Part shown: piece by piece, positions 7,311 through 17,962 of the stretch | How positions within the stretch are numbered: position 1 is the stretch's first letter | Layout: the number at the start of each line of letters is the position of its first letter | DNA from: an uncultured virus (IMG/VR IMGVR_UViG_2061766007_001805) | Lineage: Duplodnaviria > Heunggongvirae > Uroviricota > Caudoviricetes | Virus record (IMG/VR): IMGVR_UViG_2061766007_001805 | Length of the DNA: 45,719 nt | Strand: one strand, 5' to 3' | Made by a program: the position numbers and the translations under genes | The notes under the pieces: model-generated | Database searches by the model: none | What the model was told of the DNA's origin: nothing | Seen by the model: the letters and a program-made list of their open reading frames with translations, nothing else

Positions 7311-7709
7311 ATGAGTAAGAAGAAAGAAAACCGTTTCGAGAACATTGAAGAGGAAGTAGGATTCCTACGCAGGCAGAACGCTGGCATGAGAGGACGAATC
7401 TCTCTGCTGCAGAAGGAGGTGATGAAGTACAAGGAGCTTGACTTGGAGGGAGAGCGGCTGAAGAAAGAGCTTTCTAACGCACGCAGCGTAAAAGAGAATA
7501 CCGTGCCGTTTGCCAAGTTCGCAGAGCTTGAACAGTCCATCGACACAAAGAACGCGTTTATAGAGTCTTTACAGGAACGCGTACAGACGCTCATGCTCGA
7601 GAAGTCTAATCTAAAAGACGAAGTGGCATCGCTGACAGAAGAGCAGGTTGAGCTGAACAACACAATTGACGACTTGAGGACGCCTTGGTACAAGAAGCTG
7701 CTCAAGTAG
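7311..7709 (+). CDS. Coiled-coil hypothetical protein (132 aa)
   Basis: Heptad-rich; ends with an amphipathic PWYKKLLK tail. Confidence 0.75.
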   Translation: MSKKKENRFENIEEEVGFLRRQNAGMRGRISLLQKEVMKYKELDLEGERLKKELSNARSVKENTVPFAKFAELEQSIDTKNAFIESLQERVQTLMLEKSNLKDEVASLTEEQVELNNTIDDLRTPWYKKLLK

Positions 7710-7730
7710 AGCCGTCTTTCGTGTGACAAA

Positions 7731-7778
7731 CAAAAAAAGAGAGCTGCTATCATCACAGACTGCAGCCCCCTTTTCTTG
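7731..7778. terminator. Probable bidirectional intrinsic terminator between convergent operons
   Basis: A-run, AGAGAGCTGC-loop-GCAGCCCCCT, T-rich tail; lies between converging genes 7709 and 7871. Confidence 0.65.
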
Positions 7779-7870
7779 ACACCTCAAGACTCCTTTCAAC
7801 TTAATTCTTCTCTTTTGAAAACATTAAAACTAAAAACACAAAACAAAAAGCATCATTACAATTTATCCTA

Positions 7871-8374
7871 TTATGTAGGCGCATCCAACGCGTGCAGCGT
7901 AATTGTTCCGATAATGTACGAGTTGTCTCCGCGCTGAAGTGCTACTGTCGTCGGCTTGTATTCTTTCAGGCATACGCAATGAACGTACTTGTTCCCAAGA
8001 TATACAGACTTCAGCCACACGTCGCTGTTAGTCATATATGCCACAAAGTTGTCATGCACCGTCTGTACGTCGAACGCAGACTGTGTCGACTGCGTCGGTG
8101 CAGTAGCGTATTTCTTTCGCACAGCGAACGTCAGCTCTATATCTACGTTCTTTCGTATGACGACTGGGTTGTCGTGCTCGTCAAGCGTGGTAATCAAGAA
8201 GTCTTCCTCTTGGTCGTCAACCCATTGAGCCGTGTAGATGTTCACTGGTTCTCCTTTGCCTATCAATCCAGTCATTTTCAATACCGCCACGCCGTCGTAG
8301 AGCGTCGTGATGTCCGTAAACGTCCCGTTCTCTGTATTCTTCACATAATATCTTCCTCTCGAATCGTTTGCCAT
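7871..8374 (-). CDS. Putative distal tail (Dit-like) protein
   Basis: 167-aa beta-rich protein, last gene of the tail operon downstream of the tape measure; call by synteny. Confidence 0.55.
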   Translation of the reverse strand: MANDSRGRYYVKNTENGTFTDITTLYDGVAVLKMTGLIGKGEPVNIYTAQWVDDQEEDFLITTLDEHDNPVVIRKNVDIELTFAVRKKYATAPTQSTQSAFDVQTVHDNFVAYMTNSDVWLKSVYLGNKYVHCVCLKEYKPTTVALQRGDNSYIIGTITLHALDAPT

Positions 8375-8379
8375 AACTG

Positions 8380-8973
8380 TTATATTTTAAGTTCTTTTTC
8401 AAATTCTTTTATTTTTTTCGACATACAGTAGTCGCCATATTCCACTTTTGCATCCTTGCTGTATCTGTATATCGTTACACTGGAGTCTTCGTCCACGTCT
8501 TCGAGCGTTACCCTTGACTCGTCAAACAGCATAATGACGACACTGTTGTACCCTCCGCACACTATATGCACGTCCGACCAGCACGAGACGTATATCTTGA
8601 CAGCTTTCGTAGCTTCAATCTCCATCGACGGCACGTCTGACCACATCGTCATAAAGACATCGCCAGAGACGCTTAAATCGCCATTGTAGCCGACGTACAG
8701 TTCTGTCTTGTAGTCTCCATTGACTCCGTCAGCGTCAATAGCCGTATACTGTCCGTTGATGAAGTCCGAGAAGCTGTCCTTTATATACTCTTGCGTAAGA
8801 CCGAGTCCTTTGTACGCGAACGTTGCCATGTGTGGGAAACTCTGTTGAGCCACAGCAAGCCTGAACAGCTTCTCTTTGTCGTCGTGGCACGAAGCCCACT
8901 TACCCTTATACTCTTGGCACAAGTCGGCAAGCAGGCTCTGTCTGTAATATTCTTGTAATCTGTCCATATACAT
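8380..8973 (-). CDS. Hypothetical tail-module protein (197 aa)
   Basis: Between TMP and the Dit-like gene; C-terminal beta-helix-like V.IY...S.V.I repeats. Confidence 0.7.
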   Translation of the reverse strand: MYMDRLQEYYRQSLLADLCQEYKGKWASCHDDKEKLFRLAVAQQSFPHMATFAYKGLGLTQEYIKDSFSDFINGQYTAIDADGVNGDYKTELYVGYNGDLSVSGDVFMTMWSDVPSMEIEATKAVKIYVSCWSDVHIVCGGYNSVVIMLFDESRVTLEDVDEDSSVTIYRYSKDAKVEYGDYCMSKKIKEFEKELKI

Positions 8974-8978
8974 ATCGT

Positions 8979-11900
8979 TTAACTCATAAGTTCTACGCGT
9001 ATCCCCTGACCGCTCGGCACAGTCCAGTTCTCCATCATCGACTGCATCGACATCATGACTGTATAGTTTGTCTGCATCTGAAGTAGGAGCTGGGACATCG
9101 TTGCGACTTGCACGTCCAAGTCAAATCCGACGACCGCGTCGCGTATCTGTGTAAGCAAATCCGATTGCAGGTACACTTGCTGGCTGACTCCGTTCATATA
9201 GCCTTCCAACGCGCCTGCCGTGTCTTCGGTAATCCCCTGAATCCCCTGCTGTAGCGCCGACAGGTTCTGCTCGCTAGATTCACCAAACTTGTAATACTCG
9301 CCAAGAATATTCTTTAGCCTTTCGCCAAGTTCTGGCATAATGTTTGTAATCTCCTCCATCACGTAGTCGATGTCGGAGTCGGTAAACGCTGATGCTGCGT
9401 CAAGACGTTTCTGTGCCGCTTTTTCTTCTTCTTCTGCAGCTTTTCTGTAAGCGTCTATTTCGTCATGTCTCTCAGATGTTAATGAGGCGACTTCTGACAA
9501 GAAATCGTTATAATTCCCAATTCCGCGCCCATATCGTTCAGTAGCCATTTGGATTGCAACCTCTTCGTCAGACATCTGTCGTATTTCGAGGTTTCTGTTC
9601 CTTGCTTTTGCCAATGCGTCTGCTTCATCTTTCGTCCTGTCGTTGATACGGGCATCCAAATCATCCCACAACGCATCCATGTATTGCGATACGACGCGGC
9701 TCACGATAGACTTCATAATCATGTTGTCTATCATTTCGTCAAACTTGTCAGAGAACACCTTCATGTAGTCCTCACCTTGCTTGAACGCACTTATCATCGA
9801 AGACACAAGGTTCTCTGCAAAGCTCGCAACGTCGGTTCCCATAAGGTCGTCAATAATCTCTGTGTAGCCGTTCTGTATCTCGTAGTACAGTTCTCTGTAC
9901 TGCTTCTGCAAGTCGAGTATCTTGTCTTCGTCGCGGTTCTTTGCTTTGCGCGACTTCTCAAGCTGTATCTGTCGCTGTATTTCTGCAAGCTGAAGTTCTT
10001 TATTTGCCAACGCTGCTTGTCTTGCTCCGATGACTGCGGTGCCATAAGCCCTGTCGATGGCTTGCTCCAAGTCGATAAACGACATTTCAAGATGCTTGAC
10101 TGCGTGTTCAGACTCTTGCACGCTTGCCGTTATTCCAGCATTACCGCTCCATTCGTCAGCAAATTCGCTTATTACTCCAGCTGCAGCACCTACGACAGCA
10201 CCGATGATAGCTCCATAAGTACCAAAAGAAGCGCCTGCCTGTGCTCCTGTGCCAGCCTTATCGATGATTCCAAAGATTTTATCGACATCGCTGTTGCCTT
10301 TTACGCCGCCGATTGCCTTTGCCAAATCGTCGAAAAGACCAATCGCACCCTTGATAGCTCCGTATACGGACATAAGCGATTCAACCCATTCGCCAGCAGA
10401 TATTTCGCCTGTCTTGGAGAGTTGCACCAAACGTTCTTTTAACTCGTCAAGTTCTTTAATTTGCTCTTCGGTAGCTTCTCCAGTGCCGATTTCACTTTCA
10501 ATTGCATCTATCTTTGATGCTATAGAAGCCATCTCTGGCAAAACATCAGCCATACGTTCCTTTGCCTTGTCGAGCATATTGGCAATAGCACCGAAAGGAT
10601 TGTTCTTGCGCTGCTCTTTATATAAATTCTTTAGTGCATTGTTTATGTTCTTAATCTGCTTCGGGTCAAGATTCTTGGAATTCTTCTTATATTCCTCAAG
10701 TCTCTTGATAAGTCCGCCAATAGCCTTGTCTGTCATTCCAGCCAAGTCACCAGTCGCGATAACCCATTCGGGCGACTTCTGGAACTCTTCAAACGCTGTC
10801 TTTGCACTTTCCTGAGCTTCTTTCGTGTCGATGGCGACTTTTAGCTGAATCTTGACCTTGTCGTCAGCCACCACTTGGTCTACAAGAGCCTTCAGTTGTT
10901 TCTTGAGCTCTTCGGCTTTTTGTGTGTCGTCTTCGACTTCGAGTTGTGCGTATATTTTTCTAGCACTTTCCTTTTGCTCTTCTGTGCCAAATTTCACCAC
11001 AAGCGCCTTTCGCTCGTTGTCAGCTTCTTTTGCAATCTGAGTGAGCTTGTACTGATACTCAGAGTACTTCTGAAGAAGCTTCTCGTACTCCTTTACAGCG
11101 TCAGCAGCTTCTTTCTTGCGAGTTTCTTGCGTAGCTTCATATCCCTTCTGAATCATGTCGTAGTAAGGCTGCTGAAGCGTTCCTGCGTTCAATTGTTCAG
11201 TGAACGCCTCCATGTCGTCACGAGTCAGATTCAGCATGTTAGGAAGCTCGATGTTGGCGCCCATCTGCTTGAAGTACTTGTTCAGAGACTTCGTGTACAC
11301 CTCTGCGTACTCTTTTGCAGTACGTGGCAGTGTGTCCAAGTCGATGTCGAACATGTCGGCGAACATATTGCCGAGCTCTGGATTGGCGTCAAGCTCCACA
11401 GCCAACTCGTATTCGTCCTTCAGACGTCCGAGCTCGTTGTCGAGACCCTTCTTTATCTTCGTTGCGTTATAAGACTTTGCGTCAACGTCAACATTGTCAT
11501 ACTTTATTCTTAACTCACTTATTTCCTCTGGCTTGACGTTTTTTGAAAGTTTTGCAGCGCTTATCTGCTCTTGCAGCATTTCGAGAAGCTTGTTCGGGTC
11601 GTCAGTTCCAGCAAACTTACGTATGTCGAACTTCGGTATGTTGTTCTTTCCAAGAATCTTGTTGATATACTCTATTGATTCGCCGAAGCGTGATGTGAGA
11701 TATGAAAGCGCTGTCGTTCTGTTGATTCCAGAGTCAGTCATCTTCTTGTATGCAGACGATACTTCGTCTATAATCTTCAGTTCTTCCTTGAGAGCCTTTT
11801 GAAGCTCCGATTCTGCGGCTTTCTGAGCTTTGGTATTTGCAGTGTTTTCTTTCTTCGATTCTCCGCCTTCAGAAACGGCTTTATTGTAGTCTTTTTCAGC

Positions 11901-14900
11901 TGCAGCTCGTTCTTTTAGTGCCTTGGTAAGTTTTTGGTCGTCTTCTGAAGCAGTTATGTTGTTTTCGTCAACTTCTTTTGCTCCCTTTTTCCTTAATCTC
12001 GCAATCTCCTTGTCAAGGCGCTGCATATCTTTCCAAGCTTTGTCTGCTGCCGCATCAGCCTCTTCAAGTGTTTTCATGACAGTCTTGTTTTCGTCTGTGC
12101 TTATCGTAAGAGGTATAAAGATGCTCCACTGGTTTGCGTTTGCAACCCAATTTTTCAGGTAGTTAAACGCTTCATCGTACGACATCTTGTGGCTCTTCGC
12201 ATAGTTAGTAACCATGCGTTTTACCCAATCCGCGTATTTGCCTTCTTGGAAGTTTAGCGACTTAATCTGTTTATCGTTCATACCTCTGAACATAGCAGTC
12301 ATTTCAGACAGATGTTGCTCCTTGAGATATTTGGTAAATCGCTCCCACTCGACTTTTTGGCGACCGTTATAAAGATTCCAGTTGTTATATATCTCTGCCT
12401 CCTTCTCGTATTCTTTAGCTATCTCTTCTTTATGAAGACTGTCTTTTTCAGCCATATATGCATTTCTAAGGTCTTGCAGCCTTATATATTGAGCTTCTTT
12501 TGCAGCCTTCGAACGTGCTTCTTCCATCTCAATTTGAAGCATATACGCTTTTTCAGGGTCAAGTTGGTTCTGTTGTATGAGATTGTCGGTAATCTGCTTG
12601 AACGTTTCATTAACCTTGTTTACGTTTCCACTCCACCCTTGCGCGTTTATAAAGTTTAGAACAGACTCTTTTGTTGAATCAATGTCTTCTCTGAACTTTT
12701 TAAGTTCATTTTCGTAATTGTCAAGCCATCGCTCAGCGTCGTCTTGGTATTTCTTGTCTATACCCAATGGAGCTCTGTCTTCTCCAGAAGCAGCTCTCCT
12801 CGCTTTTTCGATTGAACCATATTTCTCTTCAATCTTTCCAAGCCACATGTGGGTGTCTTTGAGATTCCCTATCGTACCGTCTGGAAGAGTCCATAAGTTC
12901 CACCAAGCAGACCAGTCTCTTTCTAATTTTATTGCACCATCTCCAAGCTCCTTTATCGCAGCAGAAACAGACTGAATATCGTCAATAACAGCAAAACTTT
13001 GCCTTAGCCTTTCACTGACATTTTTTATCTGCAAAAGACCTCCGATATATTTGTCGCTTGCGTGCGAAGAAAGCTCTATTTGTTCTTTTACTGCTTCCCA
13101 TGCTTTCTTTGCGTCGTCAACGTTAATGTCTTGAGGCGTTACAATGGTTTTTCCGTTGTTGTCTGTTATCGTCTTATAAAGGCTTTCTCGGAGCTCCTTG
13201 TACTGTTCCTTGAATTTCTCCAAGTCGTTGTAAGTGTTTTTGGCGTTTTCTCTTATTGTTCTATTGAACTCCTTCATGGCTTCGTTTCCACGAACAATTT
13301 CAACGACAGCAGCTGCTGCCATAGTTGCTATGCCAACCCATAGTGTAGAAGAAGCCATTTTTGCAGCATTCATTGAAGATGTTAATGCACGCAATTTTTG
13401 AGACAATTTGTCACCAAGAACAGCTTCCAACGCAATAGCTTTATTTGTACCCATTACAACTCCATAATACAGAAGTTGAGCAGTCTTGACCAATCCCAAT
13501 CCTATCGCAAGATTTTCAACAGCTTTACTAAGGTTCTTCCATTGTAAAAAGAATTCTTTGAGAAGATTGATGCCAGTAGTAAGAACACCCTGCTCAGACT
13601 TTCCAATGTCGTTAAGCATATTGTTCCATGCAAGCGTCAGGTTGGCAAGGCGTACTTTCAGGGTATCAGCCATCTTTGCTTGGAAATCAAAGAACTTACC
13701 GCCTTCGTCGGTCATCTTTGTTACAACAGACATGACATCGTTGTAGTCGATGGCTTTCTTCTTCATTCTGTCATATACATCACCGACGCTTACCATCTTC
13801 CCTTCAAGCTCAGTGTAGTACTTTGACAGCTCTCGGACGAGAGGAATACCAGCGTTGGCAAACATACGTGCATCACGGCTGTTTAGATAGCCGTAGGCTT
13901 TAATCTGACCAAGTGCGTATGTCAGACGTTCCATCGGGACACCAACAGCAGAAGCCATGTCTGCAAGACGGCGTGTTGTGTCTACCACTTCGTTTGCTGC
14001 AATGTCGTATGCAGTCAGTTGCTTTGCTGCGTTTGACAGTTCTATCAAGGTGTATGGAGAAACGAGAGCCATCTGAGACAGCTCGTTGAATATCTGAGTT
14101 CCTCTCTCTGCGGAGTTGATGAGAATACCAAGCGCACGCTCGTTCATCTCGTATTGTGAGCGGACTTCTATAAGGTTCTTAATAAACTGAGTCGATGCAC
14201 CTACTGTAAAGTAGAATGCAAGACGGTTCTTCATGTAGTTCCATGAACGACCGAGGGCGTTGTTTGAACCGACCATCTGCTGGTTCTTGTTCATCACCTC
14301 ATCCATCTTTTTCTTCAGGCGCTCGTACTCTGCGTTGACTTGATTGATTTCATTCCGCTGAGCATTGACATCAAGCCCGGAACGATACGACGCAAGTCTC
14401 TGCATCTTATACGCGATGTCGTCAAGAGTCTTTTCGGAAAGACCGCCTCTTCCATTGATTCCAAGAATAGATTCAAGGGATACTGGGCGCGATGCTTGTA
14501 AACGTATTTTCTGTATCGCGCGCTCAACTTCTTGTATTGACGCAACAAGAGCTTTTCCTTGGTCGCTGTCTCTCTCTGACGAGCTTAATCTGTCGTATGT
14601 CTGCTTTAACTGCCTTAGAGTTTTGTCTAAGTTGTTGTATGATGCAGTTTCAGAGTCAGCAAGTTTCACTTGTGACTGCTGCAAGCCTAATACATGAGCT
14701 ATTGATTGCCTTAAATCGTCGTATGAGGCAAACGTCTTTGGCTGAGAGCGTTTTGCTTGTTCGTTTGTAATCTGAGTCTCAGTAGCCAATTGACGTTGTG
14801 CAGCCTGCTCAGCAGCAGCCTTTTCAGAAGCCTCTTGCCTCTCTGCACTTGCACGTCGTATTGCTTCAACTTCTTGTTCTTTCTGTGTGTTTAAAATCTG

Positions 14901-15920
14901 CTCTTCAAGAGAAAGTCTGTCTTTTGCTGGTAATGTGCTTCTTTCAGAGTCGTAATAAACTCTGTCTCCAACCATTGCGTAGCCTTTCTCTTTCCATTCT
15001 ACGCTCTCTCTGATTGCTTGCGCTTGCCTGCGAACTTCTTCTGTATATTTCTGAGAACCTTGTGTTAGTTGTTGCTGCTCATGAACGCTGCTGCTTAGGA
15101 TTTGCTGCAGCCTTCTGATTTCTGCTTCGGTAGATGCAATTTGAGAAGGATTCAGCAGTCCGCGTTCGCGCATATCACGGAGCAATGCTTGCAATCGTTC
15201 AAGCTTGGCTTGGACAAGGTCGTATTGGTCTGTAGGAATTTTGTTTGCCCTCGAATAAGCAAGTCTATATTGCTCGTCTATCATTTTCTTCTGAGCAGCA
15301 GTTTCTTTTTCTTGAGCAGCGACACGTCTTTCTGATGCTCTTTTTGAAAGTTTCTCTTCTTCTGCATAATATTGATTGAGCTGTTTTAGCCTCTCGTCAA
15401 CAGCAAAGAAATTCTTAACATCAGCTTTTGCATTATACGAATATGCTTTTTCGTTTGCTGTAGCCAATCCCAATGCAGAAACCCTCAGCTTTTCGTTATA
15501 CTCGACGATACGAGCCAATGCGCGCTCATACTCGGCATAGTCTTGCTTTGATGGGTCGATGTGCTGCCTTAGCGTGTTGAAATTCGAAATTACACCCACT
15601 GCTTGTTTCAAGCCCTGAGCAAGTTGGTCAAAAGTCATGCTCTGCTCTTTTGCGGATTGCGTCGTCTTCTTTGTCTGTTCTTCAAGTGATTTCTGGTCGT
15701 TGACAACCTTTTTTGTCCCTCCACCTGACGACGTGCCGCCGAAGTCAATCTTGACGTTGCCAAGCTCGCCAAGCTTCTTTTTCATCTGCTCGACAGCAGA
15801 GTCCATAGACTGAGCCATCTTCTTTGTCGCTTCGTCTACGTGTTGGACGAGCTTGTCTATCGAGTTCTTTAAGTCTTGGTCGCTCAACGAGGCAGCGACT
15901 ATCGTCGGTGAATTTGCCAT
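8979..15920 (-). CDS. Tail tape measure protein (2313 aa)
   Basis: Very long helical/coiled-coil ORF with a tape-measure domain (SPYTLIELSNAAKQLTAY...LADMASAVGVPMERLTYALGQIKAYGYL..RDARMFANAGIPLV) and hydrophobic segments; downstream of the tail chaperone. Confidence 0.93.
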   Translation of the reverse strand: MANSPTIVAASLSDQDLKNSIDKLVQHVDEATKKMAQSMDSAVEQMKKKLGELGNVKIDFGGTSSGGGTKKVVNDQKSLEEQTKKTTQSAKEQSMTFDQLAQGLKQAVGVISNFNTLRQHIDPSKQDYAEYERALARIVEYNEKLRVSALGLATANEKAYSYNAKADVKNFFAVDERLKQLNQYYAEEEKLSKRASERRVAAQEKETAAQKKMIDEQYRLAYSRANKIPTDQYDLVQAKLERLQALLRDMRERGLLNPSQIASTEAEIRRLQQILSSSVHEQQQLTQGSQKYTEEVRRQAQAIRESVEWKEKGYAMVGDRVYYDSERSTLPAKDRLSLEEQILNTQKEQEVEAIRRASAERQEASEKAAAEQAAQRQLATETQITNEQAKRSQPKTFASYDDLRQSIAHVLGLQQSQVKLADSETASYNNLDKTLRQLKQTYDRLSSSERDSDQGKALVASIQEVERAIQKIRLQASRPVSLESILGINGRGGLSEKTLDDIAYKMQRLASYRSGLDVNAQRNEINQVNAEYERLKKKMDEVMNKNQQMVGSNNALGRSWNYMKNRLAFYFTVGASTQFIKNLIEVRSQYEMNERALGILINSAERGTQIFNELSQMALVSPYTLIELSNAAKQLTAYDIAANEVVDTTRRLADMASAVGVPMERLTYALGQIKAYGYLNSRDARMFANAGIPLVRELSKYYTELEGKMVSVGDVYDRMKKKAIDYNDVMSVVTKMTDEGGKFFDFQAKMADTLKVRLANLTLAWNNMLNDIGKSEQGVLTTGINLLKEFFLQWKNLSKAVENLAIGLGLVKTAQLLYYGVVMGTNKAIALEAVLGDKLSQKLRALTSSMNAAKMASSTLWVGIATMAAAAVVEIVRGNEAMKEFNRTIRENAKNTYNDLEKFKEQYKELRESLYKTITDNNGKTIVTPQDINVDDAKKAWEAVKEQIELSSHASDKYIGGLLQIKNVSERLRQSFAVIDDIQSVSAAIKELGDGAIKLERDWSAWWNLWTLPDGTIGNLKDTHMWLGKIEEKYGSIEKARRAASGEDRAPLGIDKKYQDDAERWLDNYENELKKFREDIDSTKESVLNFINAQGWSGNVNKVNETFKQITDNLIQQNQLDPEKAYMLQIEMEEARSKAAKEAQYIRLQDLRNAYMAEKDSLHKEEIAKEYEKEAEIYNNWNLYNGRQKVEWERFTKYLKEQHLSEMTAMFRGMNDKQIKSLNFQEGKYADWVKRMVTNYAKSHKMSYDEAFNYLKNWVANANQWSIFIPLTISTDENKTVMKTLEEADAAADKAWKDMQRLDKEIARLRKKGAKEVDENNITASEDDQKLTKALKERAAAEKDYNKAVSEGGESKKENTANTKAQKAAESELQKALKEELKIIDEVSSAYKKMTDSGINRTTALSYLTSRFGESIEYINKILGKNNIPKFDIRKFAGTDDPNKLLEMLQEQISAAKLSKNVKPEEISELRIKYDNVDVDAKSYNATKIKKGLDNELGRLKDEYELAVELDANPELGNMFADMFDIDLDTLPRTAKEYAEVYTKSLNKYFKQMGANIELPNMLNLTRDDMEAFTEQLNAGTLQQPYYDMIQKGYEATQETRKKEAADAVKEYEKLLQKYSEYQYKLTQIAKEADNERKALVVKFGTEEQKESARKIYAQLEVEDDTQKAEELKKQLKALVDQVVADDKVKIQLKVAIDTKEAQESAKTAFEEFQKSPEWVIATGDLAGMTDKAIGGLIKRLEEYKKNSKNLDPKQIKNINNALKNLYKEQRKNNPFGAIANMLDKAKERMADVLPEMASIASKIDAIESEIGTGEATEEQIKELDELKERLVQLSKTGEISAGEWVESLMSVYGAIKGAIGLFDDLAKAIGGVKGNSDVDKIFGIIDKAGTGAQAGASFGTYGAIIGAVVGAAAGVISEFADEWSGNAGITASVQESEHAVKHLEMSFIDLEQAIDRAYGTAVIGARQAALANKELQLAEIQRQIQLEKSRKAKNRDEDKILDLQKQYRELYYEIQNGYTEIIDDLMGTDVASFAENLVSSMISAFKQGEDYMKVFSDKFDEMIDNMIMKSIVSRVVSQYMDALWDDLDARINDRTKDEADALAKARNRNLEIRQMSDEEVAIQMATERYGRGIGNYNDFLSEVASLTSERHDEIDAYRKAAEEEEKAAQKRLDAASAFTDSDIDYVMEEITNIMPELGERLKNILGEYYKFGESSEQNLSALQQGIQGITEDTAGALEGYMNGVSQQVYLQSDLLTQIRDAVVGFDLDVQVATMSQLLLQMQTNYTVMMSMQSMMENWTVPSGQGIRVELMS

Positions 15921-15941
15921 ATCTTTATCTTGTTTAAACAG

Positions 15942-16310
15942 TTATTTCTTTCCGTGAACTGGAATCTCGTACTCTTCACCTGCTTTCAGGTTCTTAGCTC
16001 CGAGACTCTTGTAGAAGTCCTCCAACTTGTTCTGAGCCTCCAACGCTTCCTTGTAGTTATTCCAAGCTGCCTTGTCAGCTCCCTTCAAGTACTTCGTGTG
16101 CGTGTTGTCGACGGCCATGAACTGTATCTGTGCGCACGACAGACGGTAGAGGTAGTCGTCTAGTCGGTACTGGGGGTAGGCCTTGATGAAGTCTGCTGCG
16201 TCCGCAATGACAGTGCTTCCATAAACTGTGAGGCTGTCTCCATTGATTTCCTCTTGCGCGTCAGCAGTGAATCCGTAAGCATACTCACCGATTTTTTGAG
16301 TAAAAAAAAA
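15942..16310 (-). CDS. Tail assembly chaperone, -1 frameshift extension (gpT-like)
   Basis: Frame entered by a -1 shift at the T9 run; reads FFFTQKIGEYAYGF...EIPVHGKK and ends just before TMP. Confidence 0.75.
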   Translation of the reverse strand, partial: FFFTQKIGEYAYGFTADAQEEINGDSLTVYGSTVIADAADFIKAYPQYRLDDYLYRLSCAQIQFMAVDNTHTKYLKGADKAAWNNYKEALEAQNKLEDFYKSLGAKNLKAGEEYEIPVHGKK

Positions 16311-16747
16311 GCGCTCAAGTCTACGGATTGTATCGCTCCAAGGATTATCGCAGCCCATTGGTTCGCGTCAAATGTCGAGTTCATCACCTTCATCTTCATC
16401 TGTCGAACCATTTCTTCGTTCTCGTCGTCAGCATTCTCTCTGTCTGGCGTGAAGCGATGGTTGCAGAGTATTACTGCCATTATCTCGCACATGGCGTCCA
16501 AGTCGGTGCAAAGCGCTGTCATGACCTTCTGGTCTGTGTCCAATGTCTCGTCTGCTTTCTTCATGTCCATGACAAGTCTGCAGATTCTGAACACTGAGTA
16601 GTAGCGCATATTCTTCACTCTGTACTCTTTGTCTCCAAGTTTCACGAGCGACGGAGAATCGTTGATGATGTCTACAATGTCTCGCTTGACTTCAACAGAG
16701 AACTCTGGCAACGAGAACTCTTCCTCGTCCTCTTTCTTCTCTTCAGT
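16160..16747 (-). CDS. Tail assembly chaperone (gpG-like), copy A; 5' end in a gap
   Basis: Between tail tube and TMP; contains the slippery site; copy B shows the true start MKKKFDNKK. Confidence 0.8.
   Translation of the reverse strand, partial: TEEKKEDEEEFSLPEFSVEVKRDIVDIINDSPSLVKLGDKEYRVKNMRYYSVFRICRLVMDMKKADETLDTDQKVMTALCTDLDAMCEIMAVILCNHRFTPDRENADDENEEMVRQMKMKVMNSTFDANQWAAIILGAIQSVDLSAFFLLKKSVSMLTDSLLTRKRKSMETASQFMEALSLRTQQTSSRPTPSTD
16302..16310 (-). other. Programmed -1 ribosomal frameshift slippery site (T TTT TTT)
   Basis: GCT TTT TTT TTA in frame 0 versus CGC TTT TTT TTT ACT in frame -1; identical T9 run in copy B (20279-20287). Confidence 0.8.
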
Positions 16748-16911
16748 NNNNNNNNNNNNNNNNNNNNNNNNNNNNNNNNNNNNNNNNNNNNNNNNNNNNN
16801 NNNNNNNNNNNNNNNNNNNNNNNNNNNNNNNNNNNNNNNNNNNNNNNNNNNNNNNNNNNNNNNNNNNNNNNNNNNNNNNNNNNNNNNNNNNNNNNGTCTC
16901 TTTCTACAAGA

Positions 16912-17439
16912 TTATGTAGTCGGTGTGTCGCCGATAATCTTGTACATGTGGTCGACGTTCGGAGTGACCGAAGTGTCGGTGTACACGAGCGAGGTGATGG
17001 TCACACTGAAGTTCAGAGCACCGTCTGCATCCTTCTTCAGAGTGCCGACAGTCAGACCCTTGTAGATAACCAGAGAGCCGAAGCCGCGTCCGAAGTCGAG
17101 CTTCCACTCGTACTCCTTCGTGGTGGCTGCAGTAGCACCCTCGTAGACCTCTGCAGTAGTACCTGCAGTACCAGCGGTGTAAGTACCGCCGAACAAATCG
17201 TCAAGCTCGCTCAAGTCGTAGTTTGCAAGCTCGAATGTCATCGTCACAGGCTTGCCCTGATAGATGATGTCGAACGGAGAGTCGTAGAACTCGGCCTCAA
17301 TCTCAGTTGAGTCAGGCTCGTCCTGAGCGATTGCAAGACCCTTCAGCACACCCATAACCTGAGTGTAAGAGGTGGCAGCAGCTGCGCCTACTGCGCGATA
17401 GCTTAAGCTAATCGGCTTCAAAGTTGTTTTCTTTGCCAT
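16912..17439 (-). CDS. Major tail tube protein, copy A
   Basis: 175 aa, Thr/Ala/Gly-rich; Q.EP..TEIE.E..D.P motif; position between terminator and chaperone genes. Confidence 0.8.
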   Translation of the reverse strand: MAKKTTLKPISLSYRAVGAAAATSYTQVMGVLKGLAIAQDEPDSTEIEAEFYDSPFDIIYQGKPVTMTFELANYDLSELDDLFGGTYTAGTAGTTAEVYEGATAATTKEYEWKLDFGRGFGSLVIYKGLTVGTLKKDADGALNFSVTITSLVYTDTSVTPNVDHMYKIIGDTPTT

Positions 17440-17458
17440 AATTTTACCCTTTCTTTAA

Positions 17459-17959
17459 TTAATCGTTATTACTATTGTTGTTGTCTGTGTTTTCGGAATC
17501 ATCAGAGCTTTCGCTACTGACTTCTTCTGAACCGTCTATGGTGACTATGAACGACTTGACGAACACGTTGTACTGGTTGCCCTTGTTCGTGTCTTCGTCG
17601 TCGTCCATCGAGAGGATGCTGTCTGCTTGTATGAAGTATGTGTCAGACGTAGGAGTGTTAATCTCTGAGCGGATGGCCGCGTTGATGCCGTTCTCGAACG
17701 CTGTGTACTTGTCTTTGTCGAGACGACCGCGAGTCTTCTGTGGAACGTAAGCAGTCACGTAGCAGCGAACCCATCCGAAGGCTTGCAAGTCGAACTCAGA
17801 CTCGTCTCTGATGCTGCCGACTTCAATCACGATGAAACCGTTCTTGGTGTCGTCTGCCGTGTTCTCTGTCGGAACGCGCATCGTGTAGACGTTCTCCGAG
17901 ACTCCCGTGAAGAGAGGCTTCAGATAATCATATATCGCGATTCTTGACTCTTCGACCAT
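17459..17959 (-). CDS. Putative tail terminator protein, copy A
   Basis: Acidic 166-aa protein immediately upstream of the tail tube gene; synteny. Confidence 0.6.
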   Translation of the reverse strand: MVEESRIAIYDYLKPLFTGVSENVYTMRVPTENTADDTKNGFIVIEVGSIRDESEFDLQAFGWVRCYVTAYVPQKTRGRLDKDKYTAFENGINAAIRSEINTPTSDTYFIQADSILSMDDDEDTNKGNQYNVFVKSFIVTIDGSEEVSSESSDDSENTDNNNSNND

Positions 17960-17962
17960 AGC

